A stretch of DNA of 64,000 bases, taken from Eledone cirrhosa (taxonomy: Eukaryota). Positions 12,368 through 24,940 of the stretch are shown here, piece after piece; the first letter of the stretch is position 1, and each line of letters begins with the position of its first letter. Location: assembly GCA_964016885.1 (NCBI GenBank), contig OZ024750.1, positions 36,890,001-36,954,000 on the forward strand, written 5' to 3'. Under the pieces are notes generated by a model, which saw nothing but the letters and a program-made list of their open reading frames with translations, was not told where the DNA came from and made no database searches. The position numbers and the translations under genes were made by a program.

Positions 12368-12680
12368 TAGGAAAAAATATGACCCCGACGGCAGAGCTCG
12401 AGCCGTTTCGACGGCTATTTCTGGACTCAGAATGTGTGGGGGTAAGGAATCAAACCGTCAACATTAGTCTAACGTCTTTACCACTATGCCACTCACCTCC
12501 TTAGGACAGGAGGTTATTTATAATATTCTGGACTCAGAAATAGCCGTTGAAACGGCTTGAGCTCTGCCATTGGGATCATACTTTTTCCTATTACCCACTC
12601 TACTACCCTAAGTATTGAGTATTGAGTACTCTGGTGCGTTATGGTCCATCTGGTTCCTTACCACACCTCCTTCGTTATAT
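12368..12680 (+). mobile_element. Palindromic (GACGGC/GCCGTC) short element with an insertion in its loop
   Basis: Homologous to the two copies at 52811-53208. Confidence 0.8.
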
Positions 12681-13020
12681 GATATATGGTGCAAATTGAT
12701 TTGGCTTCAAGGCAGAGAGTATTTTCATTACAGTACAAGTATATGTAATTATGAATGGTGTATGAATTGTGTGACAAAGAAAATCAAGGTTTTCAAACAA
12801 ATTTATGCTAATGATAGACATAGCTGCTGTTTGATAAATAATAATCAATAGATATTTATATATATCAAAAGAATCCAATTACATTTTACTTTAACTTTTA
12901 ATGTGGCATTATATAATTGTTTTTTTCATTCTTGGAGAAATGGTTTACTGTTTCCCTTTTATAGAATCCAATAATATGTTTGTAGTATCAAATGAATAGC
13001 TGCAGAATTGTTCAGACATT

Positions 13021-14003
13021 GGTAGTGGTGGTGGTGGTGGTGGTAGTTGTGGTGGTGGTGGTGGTGGTAGTAGTACAGTGGTAGTTGTGGTGGTGGTGGT
13101 GGTAGTTGTGCTGGTGGTAGTAGTACAGTGGTAGTTGTGGTGCTGGTGGTAGTACTAGTGGTAGTTGTGCTGGTGGTTGTGGTGGTGGTAGTAGTACAGT
13201 GGTAGTTGTGGTGGTGGTGGTAGTGGTAGTTGTGGTGGTGGTGGTGGTAGTGGTAGTTGTAGTGGTGGTGGTAGTTGTGCTGGTGGTTGTGGTGGTGGTA
13301 GTAGTACAGTGGTAGTTGTGGTGGTAGTGGTAGTTGTGCTGGTGGTTGTGGTGGTGGTGGTGGTGGTAGTAGTAGTTGTGCTGGTGGTTGTAGTGGTGGT
13401 GATGGTGGTAGTAGTAGTTGTGCTGGTGGTTGTGGTGGTGGTGGTGGTGGTAGTTGTGCTGGTGGTTGTGGTGGTAGTGGTAGTACTAGTGGTAGTTGTG
13501 GTGGTGGTAGTAGTACAGTGGTAGTTGTGGTGGTGGTGGTGGTGGTGGTGGTGGTGGTGGTGGTGGTGGTAGTAGTTGTGCTGGTGGTTGTAGTGGTGGT
13601 AGTAGTAGTTGTGCTTGTGGTGGTGGTGGTGGTAGTAGTAGTACTAGTGGTAGTTGTGGTGGTGGTGGTGGTGGTGGCGGTGGTAGTAGTACTAGTGGTA
13701 GTTGTGTGGTAGTGGTAGTTGTGCTGGTGGTGGTGGTGGTAGTTGTGCTGGTGGTTTTGTTGGTGGTGGTAGTACTAGTGGTAGTTGTGGTGGTGGTGGT
13801 GGTGGTGGTGGTGGTGGTGGTGGTGGTGGTAGTAGTAGTACTAGTGGTAGTTGTAGTGGTGGTGCTAGTGGTAGTGGTAGTTGTGCTGGTGGTGGTGGTG
13901 GTAGTTGTGGTTGTGGTGGTGGTGGTAGTAGTACTAGTGGTAGTGGTGGTAGTGGTGGTGGTAGTGGTGGTGGTTGTGGTAGTGGTGATGGTGGCAGTAG
14001 TGG
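13021..14003. repeat. Compound (GTG/GTA)n trinucleotide repeat
   Basis: Direct reading; source of the poly-V/T/G ORFs. Confidence 0.95.
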
Positions 14004-14029
14004 TAAATGTCTGGAAATGACAAAGTATG

Positions 14030-14329
14030 GATGACCTGAGAGCGAAACTGGGTATAAGAGAAATCAGATGTACTATGTAAGAGAGGAGACTGTGTTGGTA
14101 TGGGCAGGTGATGCTCATGGATGATGGTCGCTAGGTGGAAAAGTGCCAAGTAATGCCAGTGGAAGGAAGACACAGTTGAGGAAGACCAAGGAAGACCTGG
14201 GTGGAAGTGGTAAGAGCTGATCTCAGATCACTAAAGCTCATGGACAAGGTGATAAAGGAACATGACAAGTAGAGAGAAGCTGTACTGAGAAGGAACTGTC
14301 CAACCCATGCAAGCATGGGACCGTGGATG

Positions 14330-14366
<37 letters not shown>
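14030..14366 (+). mobile_element. RTE LINE 3' end fragment
   Basis: LGIREIRC..ERRLCWYG, GRPRKTW remnants, CCAACCCATGCAAGCATGG and (GAT)n tail. Confidence 0.8.
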
Positions 14367-14670
14367 CAAGTGTTCCATGCATTTTCATTGAAACTAAAAC
14401 ATGCTTTTCAAATATCTTACTTAAAGAATTCATAAGAAGGGTGGGCTGGGGTGAGAGGAGAAAACCAACATAATTCTAAATATAATTCATATTTGAATCA
14501 AAAGAAATATGTTTGGGGTTTATTTTATGAGAAACATAACTTAACTTATAATTATCAACACTGAACATTGTGCTGTATTATTGTTGGGAAAATATGATAA
14601 AGTATTTAAAACAATCATGTAATATTGTTATGTTTGTTACAACTCATCCTTCCTATCAAAAAGCTTGCAA

Positions 14671-15562
14671 AACTGGTCATGTAGCTGTCACAACAAAAAG
14701 TGCCCAACCCACACTATAAAGTGGTCATGTTGGTGTCACAACAAATAGTGCCCAGCCCTCACTGTAAAGTGGTCATATAGGTGTCAACAAAAAGTGCCCA
14801 ACCCACACTATAAAGTGGTTATGTTGGTGTCAGAGCAAAAAGTGCCCAGCCCACACTGTAAAGTGGTCATGTAGGTGACACAACAAAAAAGTGCTCAACC
14901 CACACTATAAAGTGGTCATGTTGGTGTCACAGCAAAAAGTGCCCAGCCCACACTGTAAAGTGGTCATGTAGGTGTCACAACAAGAAGTGCCCAACCCACA
15001 CTATAAAGTGGTCATGTTGGTGTCACAACAAAAAGTGCCCAGCCCTCACTGTAAAGTGGTCATGTAGGTGTCACAACAAAAAGTGCCCAACCCACACTAT
15101 AAAGTGGTTATGTTGGTGTCAGAGCAAAAAGTGCCCAGCCCACACTGTAAAGTGGTCATGTAGGTGTCACAACAAAAAGTGCCCAACCCACACTATAAAG
15201 TGGTTATGTTGGTGTCAGAGCAAAAAGTGCCCAGCCCACACTGTAAAGTGGTCATGTAGGTGTCACAACAAAAAGTGCCCAACCCACACTATAAAGTGGT
15301 CATGTTGGTGTCAGAGCAAAAAGTGCCCAGCCCACACTGTAAAGCGGTCATGTAGGTGTCACAACAAAAAGTGCCCAACCCACACTATAAAGTGGTCATG
15401 TTGGTGTCACAGCAAAAAGTGCCCAGCCCACACTGTAAAGTGGTCATGTAGGTGACACAACAAAAAAGTGCTCAACCCACACTATAAAGTGGTCATGTTG
15501 GTGTCACAGCAAAAAGTGCCCAGCCCACACTGTAAAGTGGTCATGTAGGTGTCACAACAAAA
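14671..15562. repeat. 48-bp minisatellite with 96-bp higher-order dimer
   Basis: Unit AAAGTGGTCATGT(A/T)GGTGTCACA(A/G)CAAAAAGTGCCCA(A/G)CCCACACT(A/G)T. Confidence 0.92.
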
Positions 15563-16189
15563 ACATCGCCACTAATCATGTAATATTTTTGTAAAATATT
15601 TTGCAAACCAACTAAATAAAATTGCAAGCCAAGACAAGGAAAAGATGTAGAAAATTAACCAAATATAGATAACAACTTGTTCAAATTGATTTTACTGTGC
15701 AGAATTAGGATTAGGTAGAAATAATAGAAATATTTAAATGAAAGATATATATCATCATCATCACTGTTTAACATCCATTTTCCACACTAGCATGGGTTAG
15801 GCAGGTTGTCTCATTTGAGGCAAGTTGGGTCAGATGACCATGTCATGCTCACACAGAACTATTTCTGGCTTGGTTTCTATGGCCGCATGCCTTTCTTAAT
15901 ACCAAACGCATTTACAATGCGTACTGGGTACTTTTTGTCACCTACATGACCTCTTTATAGTGAGTACTGGGTGCCTTTTGTCATGACACCAACATGACCA
16001 CTTTACAGTGTGGGCTGGGCGGTTTTTTTCGTGACACCTGCATGACAATAAATAAAATAAACTAATAAAATAATCGATATTAAAAATAAATTAAGAGAGA
16101 TAATCGCTTAGGAAGACTTTTTGGTTGGGGTTTGTTTCTTCAATTTGTTAAAGTCATTTGTCAATAACTTCTGTCACTATTTGTTGAGA

Positions 16190-16566
16190 AATAATTGTTT
16201 GTACTTTTGGTACAAGGCCAGCAATTACCCAGTACATTACTGGTACTTTATTTTATCGACCCCATAGGATGAAAGGCAAAGTTAACCTCGGCAGAATTTG
16301 AACTCAGTCCATAAAGGGACATAACTCTATGCTGGAAAACATGGCATCCGACTCTCTACTGATACTGCCAATGAGAAATAATTGTTTCTACTTTTTGGCA
16401 CAAGGCCAGCAATTACCTAGTACATTACTGGTACTTTATTTTATCGACCCCGTAAGGATGAAAGGCAAAGTTAACCTCGGCGGGATTTGAACTCAAACCG
16501 TAAAGGGACGTAACTATGCTGGAAAGCATGGTGTCCGACTCTCTACCGATACTGCCAATCCACCGA
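16190..16566 (-). mobile_element. Two tandem SINE family B copies
   Basis: Reverse complement of the family B sequence. Confidence 0.85.
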
Positions 16567-16739
16567 AAATATAATATTTAAATATACTTCTGTGCTTTTT
16601 CACTTTTACTTTTTAACTATATATATATATATATAACAGGAAACAGCAGGCTGTCCAACTTCTACCACTTGATCAAAATCCACAGAGAAGGTGCCTGGCA
16701 TATTTCAACGAATTCTTAAGTGATTTTGCTTACTAAATT

Positions 16740-18852
16740 CAGAAATAACTTTAGTTATTCTCCATCAGGTCTAGTTTTCTGACTAGACCTGATAGAGTAA
16801 GTATTTTATTCATACAAGAGGCATATAATATGAATCAATAAAGAGAGCGTAACACAAAACAAAACAACGTACAAATAAAAATTCTAAATTGAAAATGCAC
16901 ATTGGCAAAGATTTTTTGAAGAAAATTCAAGGAATAAATTTACACTTCTTTGTGCACCATGAATGATGAGGAACAGGAGTATCTCGTTTTAAACACCAGC
17001 AATAGTCAGCCATCATCACAGCGTCCCAACGTCCTTGCTACCGAGTTTCCATCTCCTTGATGTCCTGATGGAATCGTTCGCCTTGTTCATCACTAACATC
17101 TCCGAGATTTTCAGGAAAACGATCAAGATGACCCAAAAAGATAATGCATTTTGATGCTCGTATTCGCGCCAATATAACGAAAAGTTGATATCAAATTGGT
17201 ATAACAAGATCTTTATAGTTTTCACTTTTGTGTTTTCCAAGAAAATTTTGCACTATTTCTGCAAAGGCTAGCCAAGCTCATGCTTCATTTTCACTCATCG
17301 TTTTCATGAAATTTATGTCCTTCAAGAGCTTACGGATCTGTAGTCCGTCAAAAATCCCTGCTTTAAGTTTTTCAATCGTCAGATATACTGCAGATATACT
17401 TGAAGCACTCTCCATTTTTGTCAAGAGCTTTGACAAATTGCTTGATCAATCCGAGTTTGATATGCAAAGGGGGGAAAATTATCTTATCTCGCTCAACTAA
17501 AGGTTCTTCCAATATATTGGCAGATCTACATGGAGCCATATTTGTTCGAGGCGGCCAGTCTTTCTTAACATAGTGGGTTACTCAGTCTCTACTGTCCCAC
17601 ATGCAAAGAAAGCATGGGTATTTGGTATAACCAGATTGGTGTCCCATGAGAAAATTCACCATCTTTAAGTCAACACAGATGACCCATTTATGATCATGAT
17701 ACAGTATCTTCTCTAAAAGCAACTTAATTTCTTCATACTTTTCCTTCAGAGTTGTTGAGTGGCTGAGTGGGACAGAGCCATACACATTTCTGTTGTGCAA
17801 CAATACACATTTTAAACTATGCGTAGAACTGTCTATGGAAAGACGCCATTCCTCTGGTTTGTATTCCTCAATGCCAAGTTTATTAAGAAGCCCACTGACA
17901 TCTCTGCAGTAAACCAGCTATTCCTCTTTTGTGAAGAAAGAAAGGAACTCTTCATGCCGACTCCGATAAAAGGTTATACGGACACCATTCTCTAGAAGAT
18001 TCTTCTCTTTCAGTTGGAAAGCCAACAGTTCTGCAGAATGTTTTGAGAGGTTCAAGTCACGAACTAGATCATTCAGCTCTACCTAAGAGAATAGCTGAGG
18101 TCTCAACTGAAAAGTCTTGATCTCTAGTGTCATCTTCAGGTGATGAATCTTCTTTGGTTGAGGGTAAAGTTATCTGAGGCAAGACATTGAAGACAGGAAC
18201 AGGAAGCTCTTCACTGTGTGGAACCGGTCAAATAGCAGAGGCAAGATTAGGATAGACAAGCATTTGTCGATTTTTCCGGTTAATGCCCTTCAAATTTAGG
18301 TTACAAAAATAGCAGTCGTCCACATGATTATAGGGCTCCCTCCATACCATTGGTATAGCAAACCTCATACTTTTCCTTGTCCATTTAGTCCATGTCACAA
18401 ATGTTCTGTATATTGTTTGCAGACACTATGCGGTGCCCAATATTTATTTTGGTCTCCCAGCTTGACCCCAAAATATGACATATATGCTCTTTCAACAAAA
18501 TCAGTGATGTTTTTTCGATTTTCAGGTAATGTGTATTCTCCACAAACATAACAAAACACATTTGGAGAATTAGCGCAACACTTTCTTGAAGAGGACATCT
18601 TGCTCATTTTCTATTGCTTAGTTCACCACAACATCTAAAAAGTATAGTAAAAGAAAAAAAAATTAGAATTAGAATAAGGTAACAAACACTGCGTACTGGA
18701 CGTACACACATACATAGTGACTATAGAGATGTTCAATAACTTAAAAGCTAGATCTGATAGGTCTAAAGTGAGGTTATATTTGGATTCAGGAGACCGATTT
18801 TATATAGGAATGATGTCTATTTCCTAAACACCAATAACCTTGTAGACCAGTA
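16740..18852 (-). pseudogene. Decayed DNA transposon; transposase most like Chapaev3 (CMC superfamily)
   Basis: Fragmented ORFs: FCYVCGEY..KLGDQNKYWAPHSVC, WVICVDLKM..GYTKYPCFLCMWDSR, GIFDGLQIR; multiple stops/frameshifts; family name from recall; left boundary uncertain. Confidence 0.7.
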
Positions 18853-18859
18853 TAATAAA

Positions 18860-20180
18860 TAGAAGAGGGCTAAGAACAGAGCCCTGGTGGACCAACTTGC
18901 ACGCTAAATTCTTCACCATAGTCATTGATAATTCTAACCTCACTGGCTGTTCTTCTATACATTGCTTGAATTGCCCTCACAAGCCATTCGTCAACTCCTT
19001 GTTTCCTATGAGCCCACCAGATAATGGAATGGGGGACTCTATCCAGATCGACAAATGCCAGGTAGAGCGGCTTACTCTTAGCTAGGTACTTTTCCTGTAG
19101 TTGTCTTACAAGGAAGAGGGCATCTGTGATACTCTTACCTGGGACAAATACAAAACTGCATCTCATCTTTGTTAACATGTTCTCTAATCAGCTGAGCTAA
19201 GACTCTTTCAGTGACCTTCATAACCTGGTCGACCAACTTAATGCCTCTATAGTTTTCTCTATCTCTACCTTTTCCCTTATATCTGTTTACGATGATGCTG
19301 TTACACCGGTCATTGAGTATGACACCATTTTGCATGACTTGGTTTACAATGCAAGAGACTATGGTGTGGCTCATCATACCTGAAGTTTTCAGCATCTCAA
19401 CAATTATCCCTGAACGACCATCTGTCATTATCCCATGCATTCTCCTCATTCAATAATCTTTCATAGTGACACTTCCATGCTACCTTCTTTTCAGTGCCAG
19501 TGAGGGCAAGTTTGCCAAAATCATTTCTGACACACTTCTCCCCACCGACAACACAATTTTCCCTGATACACTGTCTAGTGATCCTGAACACCTCATGTCT
19601 TTGATCCTCACGCTGCAAAAAATGCTTAAATTTTTTGTTTCCTGCTTCCCTTCTAGCGAGGTAAACTTGTTGCCTAGCTTCTCTCCTAGCTAGCCTTCTG
19701 GTAAACTTCCCTGCTACCCCCATTAAACCAATCGATCTAAGCCTGTCTTTTGTCCTTAACTGTCTCATCTACTTTACTATTCCACCATTAAGTCACTCTC
19801 CATCTCCCTAGAGACTTACTCCAACCACAGATTTCATCTTCCGCCTTCAGTAGGTTACCTTTGAGGAACTCCCACTGCTCCTCTATATCGTATGTCACTA
19901 TTTGGTCTTCCTTACTGTCAAAGGCGTCAGTCAACATATTTCTAAATTTGTCACTGTTTGATGGGTCTTTTACCTTCCATACTCGTCTCCATTAGCTTGG
20001 CTTCAGTTGCCGAGTTCTTCTAACTCTGACTATAAGGTTGTTAACTACTAAGTTATATTGGGAGGTGCATTCTTCACTGGGGAGGGACTTTGTGTTCCTA
20101 ACAGTCACTCTGTCTTGTCTTCTAGTAATGATGAAATCAATTTGGCTGGCGAGTTCACCTGATCTATATGTGATTAGGGG
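18860..20180 (-). mobile_element. RTE LINE ORF2 fragment (APE end to RT)
   Basis: ITYRSGELASQIDFI, NYRGIKL, TDALFLVRQLQEK, AFVDL motifs; frameshifted. Confidence 0.88.
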
Positions 20181-20564
20181 GCTATATATAATATATGCAT
20201 ATATATATATATCACCATCATCATACGTCCGCTTTTCCCTGCTTGCAAGGATATATATATATATACACACACACACCACACACACACATATACACACAAA
20301 CACACACCACATAGCATCACACCCATACCATAGGTAGGTAAGTAACTGTAGGTGAAATAGTGCCTTAAGTGAAAACTACTGAAAGTTTTAAAATTTAGCT
20401 TTTAGAAGCTATTTGAGAGAAGACTATTTCTAAAAAAAGTTAAAAAAATAAACTGAATGTAAAATAAAATAATATATTCAACAGTCAGTAAACACTGAAA
20501 GATTTTAACAGAAAGATTGATATTACCTATGTAGACATTCCTAAAGGAAGACTATGATAAAAGA

Positions 20565-20870
20565 TTTATTATTAATTTTATTTTTATTTATTTTTTTTTT
20601 TTATTTTATCTTTATTTTGTATTATTTTATTTTATTTATTATTTTTTATTTTATTTTCGTTTTATTTTATTTTATTTTTTATTTCATTTTATTTTTTATT
20701 TTATTTATTTTATATTCTTTATTATTTTATTAATTTTATCTTTTTTATTTTGTTTATTTTATATTTTTATTTATTTTATTATTTTATTTGTTTTTTTATT
20801 TATTTATTCATTAATTTGTCAATTTTTTTATTTATTTATTCATTATTCTGTTAATTTTTTTATTTGTTTT
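20565..20870. repeat. T-rich (TTTA)n low-complexity tract
   Basis: Direct reading. Confidence 0.9.
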
Positions 20871-21526
20871 CCCTTCAAAATCTCCTTTACATTTGTTTTA
20901 CTTTAGTTTTAGATGAAATTATTATTGGGAAAAATATTGATTGGACAAGACATTATATAGAATCCTCACTATCTTTTATCTAAGCATTTGTCTATAAAAC
21001 CAAAATCAGGTTGTTGAAATGTCTTGCTAATGGTTTTTTAATGGGTCATTAATCATCAGCGGTCCATTCCATCAAATACTCAAAATAACTTTTTATCCCA
21101 ATCTTACATACATTTTCTTCTAAGAAAATCAATTAGGAAACAATATACAAGGTTTTGATAAAATAACTTAATGTTGATATTAAACTTTTCTGCCAATATT
21201 GAGAAAAATGTGATTAATATATGAAATTCTGAAATTTTGTTTCATTCATTTTGTTTTGGATTGTGTTTTTCTAGTATATTGTTTTTAATCCATTTTTCCC
21301 CCTCATCGATATTATAATGTTGCTTCTGAGAATCTTTTGGAATGGATTCATAAAGATATATTTTGCTGTAAAAACCTCTCCCATATTTATCAAGCTCTCT
21401 TATTCTATGAATTATTTGTTATTTTATCAGCTAGTCTGTTTGATTTTTGCATTGTTATATAGCTATGATTTTAAAGATTTTATACTCTTTCTCAAATTAT
21501 CTAAATTGCCAACAACCAAAAGTTAA

Positions 21527-21737
21527 AACTTTTTTATACATTTATCTCCCGTATCTGGCTACAATTCTCTCACCTCTTTCTGTTCAAACTGGCTATAACT
21601 GACCACTCATACATATGTTAAGGTATTGTTCTCAAAATAAATAATATCAAAATCTCATAGATTTGATATTATGTGAGGTAAAAACCTTTACCACAAAAAT
21701 ACAATAGTAAATATAAAGTAATGTAAATGCTAAAGGG
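21527..21737. mobile_element. piggyBac-like MITE (reverse orientation, left end degraded)
   Basis: Ends TAAATGCTAAAGGG-TTAA; body homologous to 390-610. Confidence 0.75.
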
Positions 21738-21794
21738 TTAAGCTTTCTCTCTACTCTGAGTAAATAATATACATATACTTTATAGTTCTGAATA

Positions 21795-22295
21795 AGGATG
21801 GGATGGAAGAGGTTTAGGGAGCTGCTTCCTATGTTGACAAAGAAATGTTTCTCCCTGCAAACGAAAGGTTGGTTGTATGATGCCTGTGTGAGATGCATGA
21901 TGCTGCATGGTAGTGAGACATGGGCAGCAACTGCAGAAGATATGCGACGGCTGGAGAGAAATGAAGCAAGCATGCTCTGTTGGATATGCAATGTCAATGT
22001 GCATGAACAATCAAGCATAGACGAGTTGAGAGTGAAACTGTATAAGAGGGATAAGTTGTAGTGTACGGGAGAGAAGACTGCGATGGTATGGACATGTAAT
22101 GTGCATGGAGGTTAACTGCTGGGTAAAGAAGTGCCAAGAAATCCTGGTGGAAGGAAGACGCAGTAGACGAAGACCACGAAAAACATGGGCGGAGGTGGTG
22201 AGAGCAGACCTCAGATTGCTGAAGTTTACAGAGGAGATGATGATGGACCGTGACCAGTGGAGAGATGCTGTGATGATGATGATGATGATGATGAT
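21795..22295 (+). mobile_element. RTE LINE 3' fragment
   Basis: GWKRFRELLPML..LHGSETW..RRLERNE..RRPRKTW. Confidence 0.85.
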
Positions 22296-23184
22296 ACTCC
22301 ATGGGGCTGTTTAAAGGCATCATTTCAAACTAGAGAAAATATTCATCATTTATACATTGTATTTATTACTAAAATTGGAAAATCTTAGTAAATTTATGGA
22401 ATACCAAAATCTTAGTAAGTAGGAAAGAAGATTGCATCATGTTACTTTGAGCATAGGGCTGGTATGAACTCCATAGAATGCATCCAGTGTAAATTTTGGG
22501 TGCACAATATATGCAACTGGATTACAGGCAGACTAACAAAAAAAAGAGCTGCTGTGTGTGTACCAAATACACATGTAATATGAGCACTAGTGAACTAAAC
22601 TTTTCAATTCAAGGAAAGTTTCACAGTAGTAGATTACTCTGATTCCTGTCTGAGCAAATTAGCAGTGGAAGAGAGTACACTGAAAATATAATAACCAGAA
22701 TAATAAGGGTATGGGAAAAGTTCAGGGGGCTACTTCCTCTGCTACAAAACAAAGAGATTCTCTCTCCAAGAGGAATGTTGAAAAAAGGTAGTGGGACAAA
22801 AGCATTGAATGTAGATGTCCACTGAATACATTGTGTTAGCGTACAGGAAGAACAAGGAAAGATCTACAAGTTGGATGATTAACTGGGCATAAGGGATATC
22901 AGATGTAATATGCAAGAGAGAAGACAGTGCTGGTACAGACATGTGATGTGTATGGATAATTATGATGATGGTGACAATCTAAATGTATTTTTAGAAGATG
23001 CCTACTAGCTGCAACACCATATCATGAGCCCTTAACTCCAAATGAAGTTGTAGGGGTACCATCCTGGGCATTTTAAAACCTGGCAGAGCCCATCCCTCTC
23101 CATGTTAGAACATAGCCAATTCCTTTCAGAGAAATAGAGAGAAAGATGGAGTGTAAGTGGGAGAGAAAAAAGAAAGTTATATAG

Positions 23185-23365
23185 AGGAAGAAGTAGTGGC
23201 TCTACCTCGATTGACTTTCTGATATCCAAGCTATGCCCTTTATAGAGTAACATTACATCAAAGACCCTTTGGAGGAATCCCATGTTAGCTGCTTGCATTC
23301 ACAATCATATCGTTACAGTCATTACCCAAGATTCATGCCCATCAGAAAGGGTTGGCATGAATGCC
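23185..23365 (-). mobile_element. Second RTE family fragment
   Basis: QAANMGFLQRV..VEPLLL; homologs at 34960-35160 and 43855-44120. Confidence 0.65.
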
Positions 23366-23599
23366 AAAGTTTTTCTGAATGTTTCTTTTAAAAATGTAAA
23401 CCATATATTTCAAATTATCAAAAATTTGTACTTGTAGCTATATATATTTTATGAAAACCAGTTTTTATCATACTTCATATTAGCTAAATCAAAATATGAA
23501 CTGTATGTATCTAGCAATGTTTAGTAATTCCCTATAACTCTACAGAATAACATTCAAATTAAGACAGGAATGTTAGGATGCACAACCCAATTTCCATTC

Positions 23600-24190
23600 A
23601 TTATCATCATCATCATCATTTTACGTCTGCTTTTCCTGCTTGCAACTGATTCTGGCTTGATTTCTACAGCTGGATGCCCTTCCTAACACCAACCTCATTT
23701 ACAGTAGTGAGTGCTGAGTGCTTTTTTTCCATGGCGCCTACACGTCCACTTTACAGTGTGGGCTGGCTGCTTTTTTGCCGTGGCACCACCATGACCAATT
23801 TTGCAGTGGGAGGGTGTGGGGGCATATTGTCTATATGCTTCAGCTTCGGCTTGTTCCCATGGGGTATCGGATCTTCTGTATTACTGCGTGACGCCAGAGG
23901 TCACGGTCGTGTGTCATCGCCTTTGAGAGGTGTAACTGGGTAAGGTTGGCTCTTATCACCAACCTCATTTACAGTGAGTGCTGGGTGCTTTTTTGCCGTG
24001 GCACCTCCACGACCACTTTACAGTGGAATGATAGGGACCCCAGTCCCTATCATCTCATTTCTACAGCTGAGTAAACTGGAACAATGTGAAATAAAGTGTC
24101 TTGCTCAAGGAAACAACACATCACCCGGTCTGAGAATTGAACTCACAACCTTTCGATTGCAAGGCCAATGCTCTAACCACTAAGCCATGT
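23600..24190 (-). mobile_element. SINE family A interrupted by an RTE 3' segment
   Basis: Head at 24190, tail at 23600; 23865-23960 matches the RTE end at 56983-57077. Confidence 0.8.
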
Positions 24191-24239
24191 GTATATCCAT
24201 ACATATATATAATATGTAGATTCCTGAGTTGAGTTGGGA

Positions 24240-24377
24240 CAGGGCCGTCTTAACAGCATTATAGACCCCTGGGCAAAGCTGAGCACAGGGGCCCCTACCT
24301 ACACAACCACTCATAGGAATAAAAATACAAATGGGCCCCCTATCCTCGTGGAGCCCCCATGCTTTAAGATGGCCCTG
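24240..24377. mobile_element. hAT MITE
   Basis: TIR CAGGGCCGTCTTA / TAAGATGGCCCTG; 8-bp TSD AGTTGGGA / AGTTGGGG. Confidence 0.8.
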
Positions 24378-24535
24378 AGTTGGGGGGGGGGGGACCAATT
24401 ATAAAAGGTACTTAATACATTTGTAGGGTATAGACATCTTTATTATACGTAGAAATGGTTTCTACAGGACTAGTCCCAAGGCTCTGATACCATCAACACT
24501 ATAAACACAGAGCTGACATATCTAAGAACTGACTA

Positions 24536-24591
24536 ACTGCCTGATGAGGTCATAGCCATTCAATGGCTATCATCGAAATATATATAGCAGT
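24536..24591 (+). ncRNA. Minimal type I hammerhead ribozyme
   Basis: ACTGC-CTGATGA-stem II (ATAGCCATT/AATGGCTAT)-GAAA-TATATA-TA-GCAGT, followed by AAATAAA. Confidence 0.85.
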
Positions 24592-24876
24592 AAATAAAGG
24601 ATTATGAGTTCATGCAATTGACTTATGTTCATGCAATTCACTACATATATATATATATATATATATATGCAAAAGTTCTATTTAAAATTGTTGGGATACA
24701 ACAAGTAAATATTTTTATAACTGATATAAAGCACTCTCCGTCTTTTTCTAATTGTCCTTAACACTAAGACTTATTAAAATAATATAAACAATTCACTATC
24801 CAGATGGCTTCCAAAAATAATGGTTGCATTTTAAAAGGGTACGTCAAAGCTTATTTGTAAAACTGTTATATATTGT

Positions 24877-24940
24877 ATTTTGTCTGATGAAGGCATACCA
24901 TAATTTAATTTGGTATCCCTGAAATATGTATAATGAAATA
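24877..24940 (+). ncRNA. Hammerhead ribozyme motif, stem I degraded
   Basis: CTGATGA-AGGCATACCA...TGGTATCCCT-GAAA-TATG-TA. Confidence 0.6.

Noticed and set aside
13309-14173. Poly-Val/Thr/Gly ORFs
   Set aside because: Trinucleotide repeat artefacts
14671-15562. CRISPR-like regular array (also 45363-46182 and 60895-64000)
   Set aside because: No unique spacers, no cas genes, eukaryotic context
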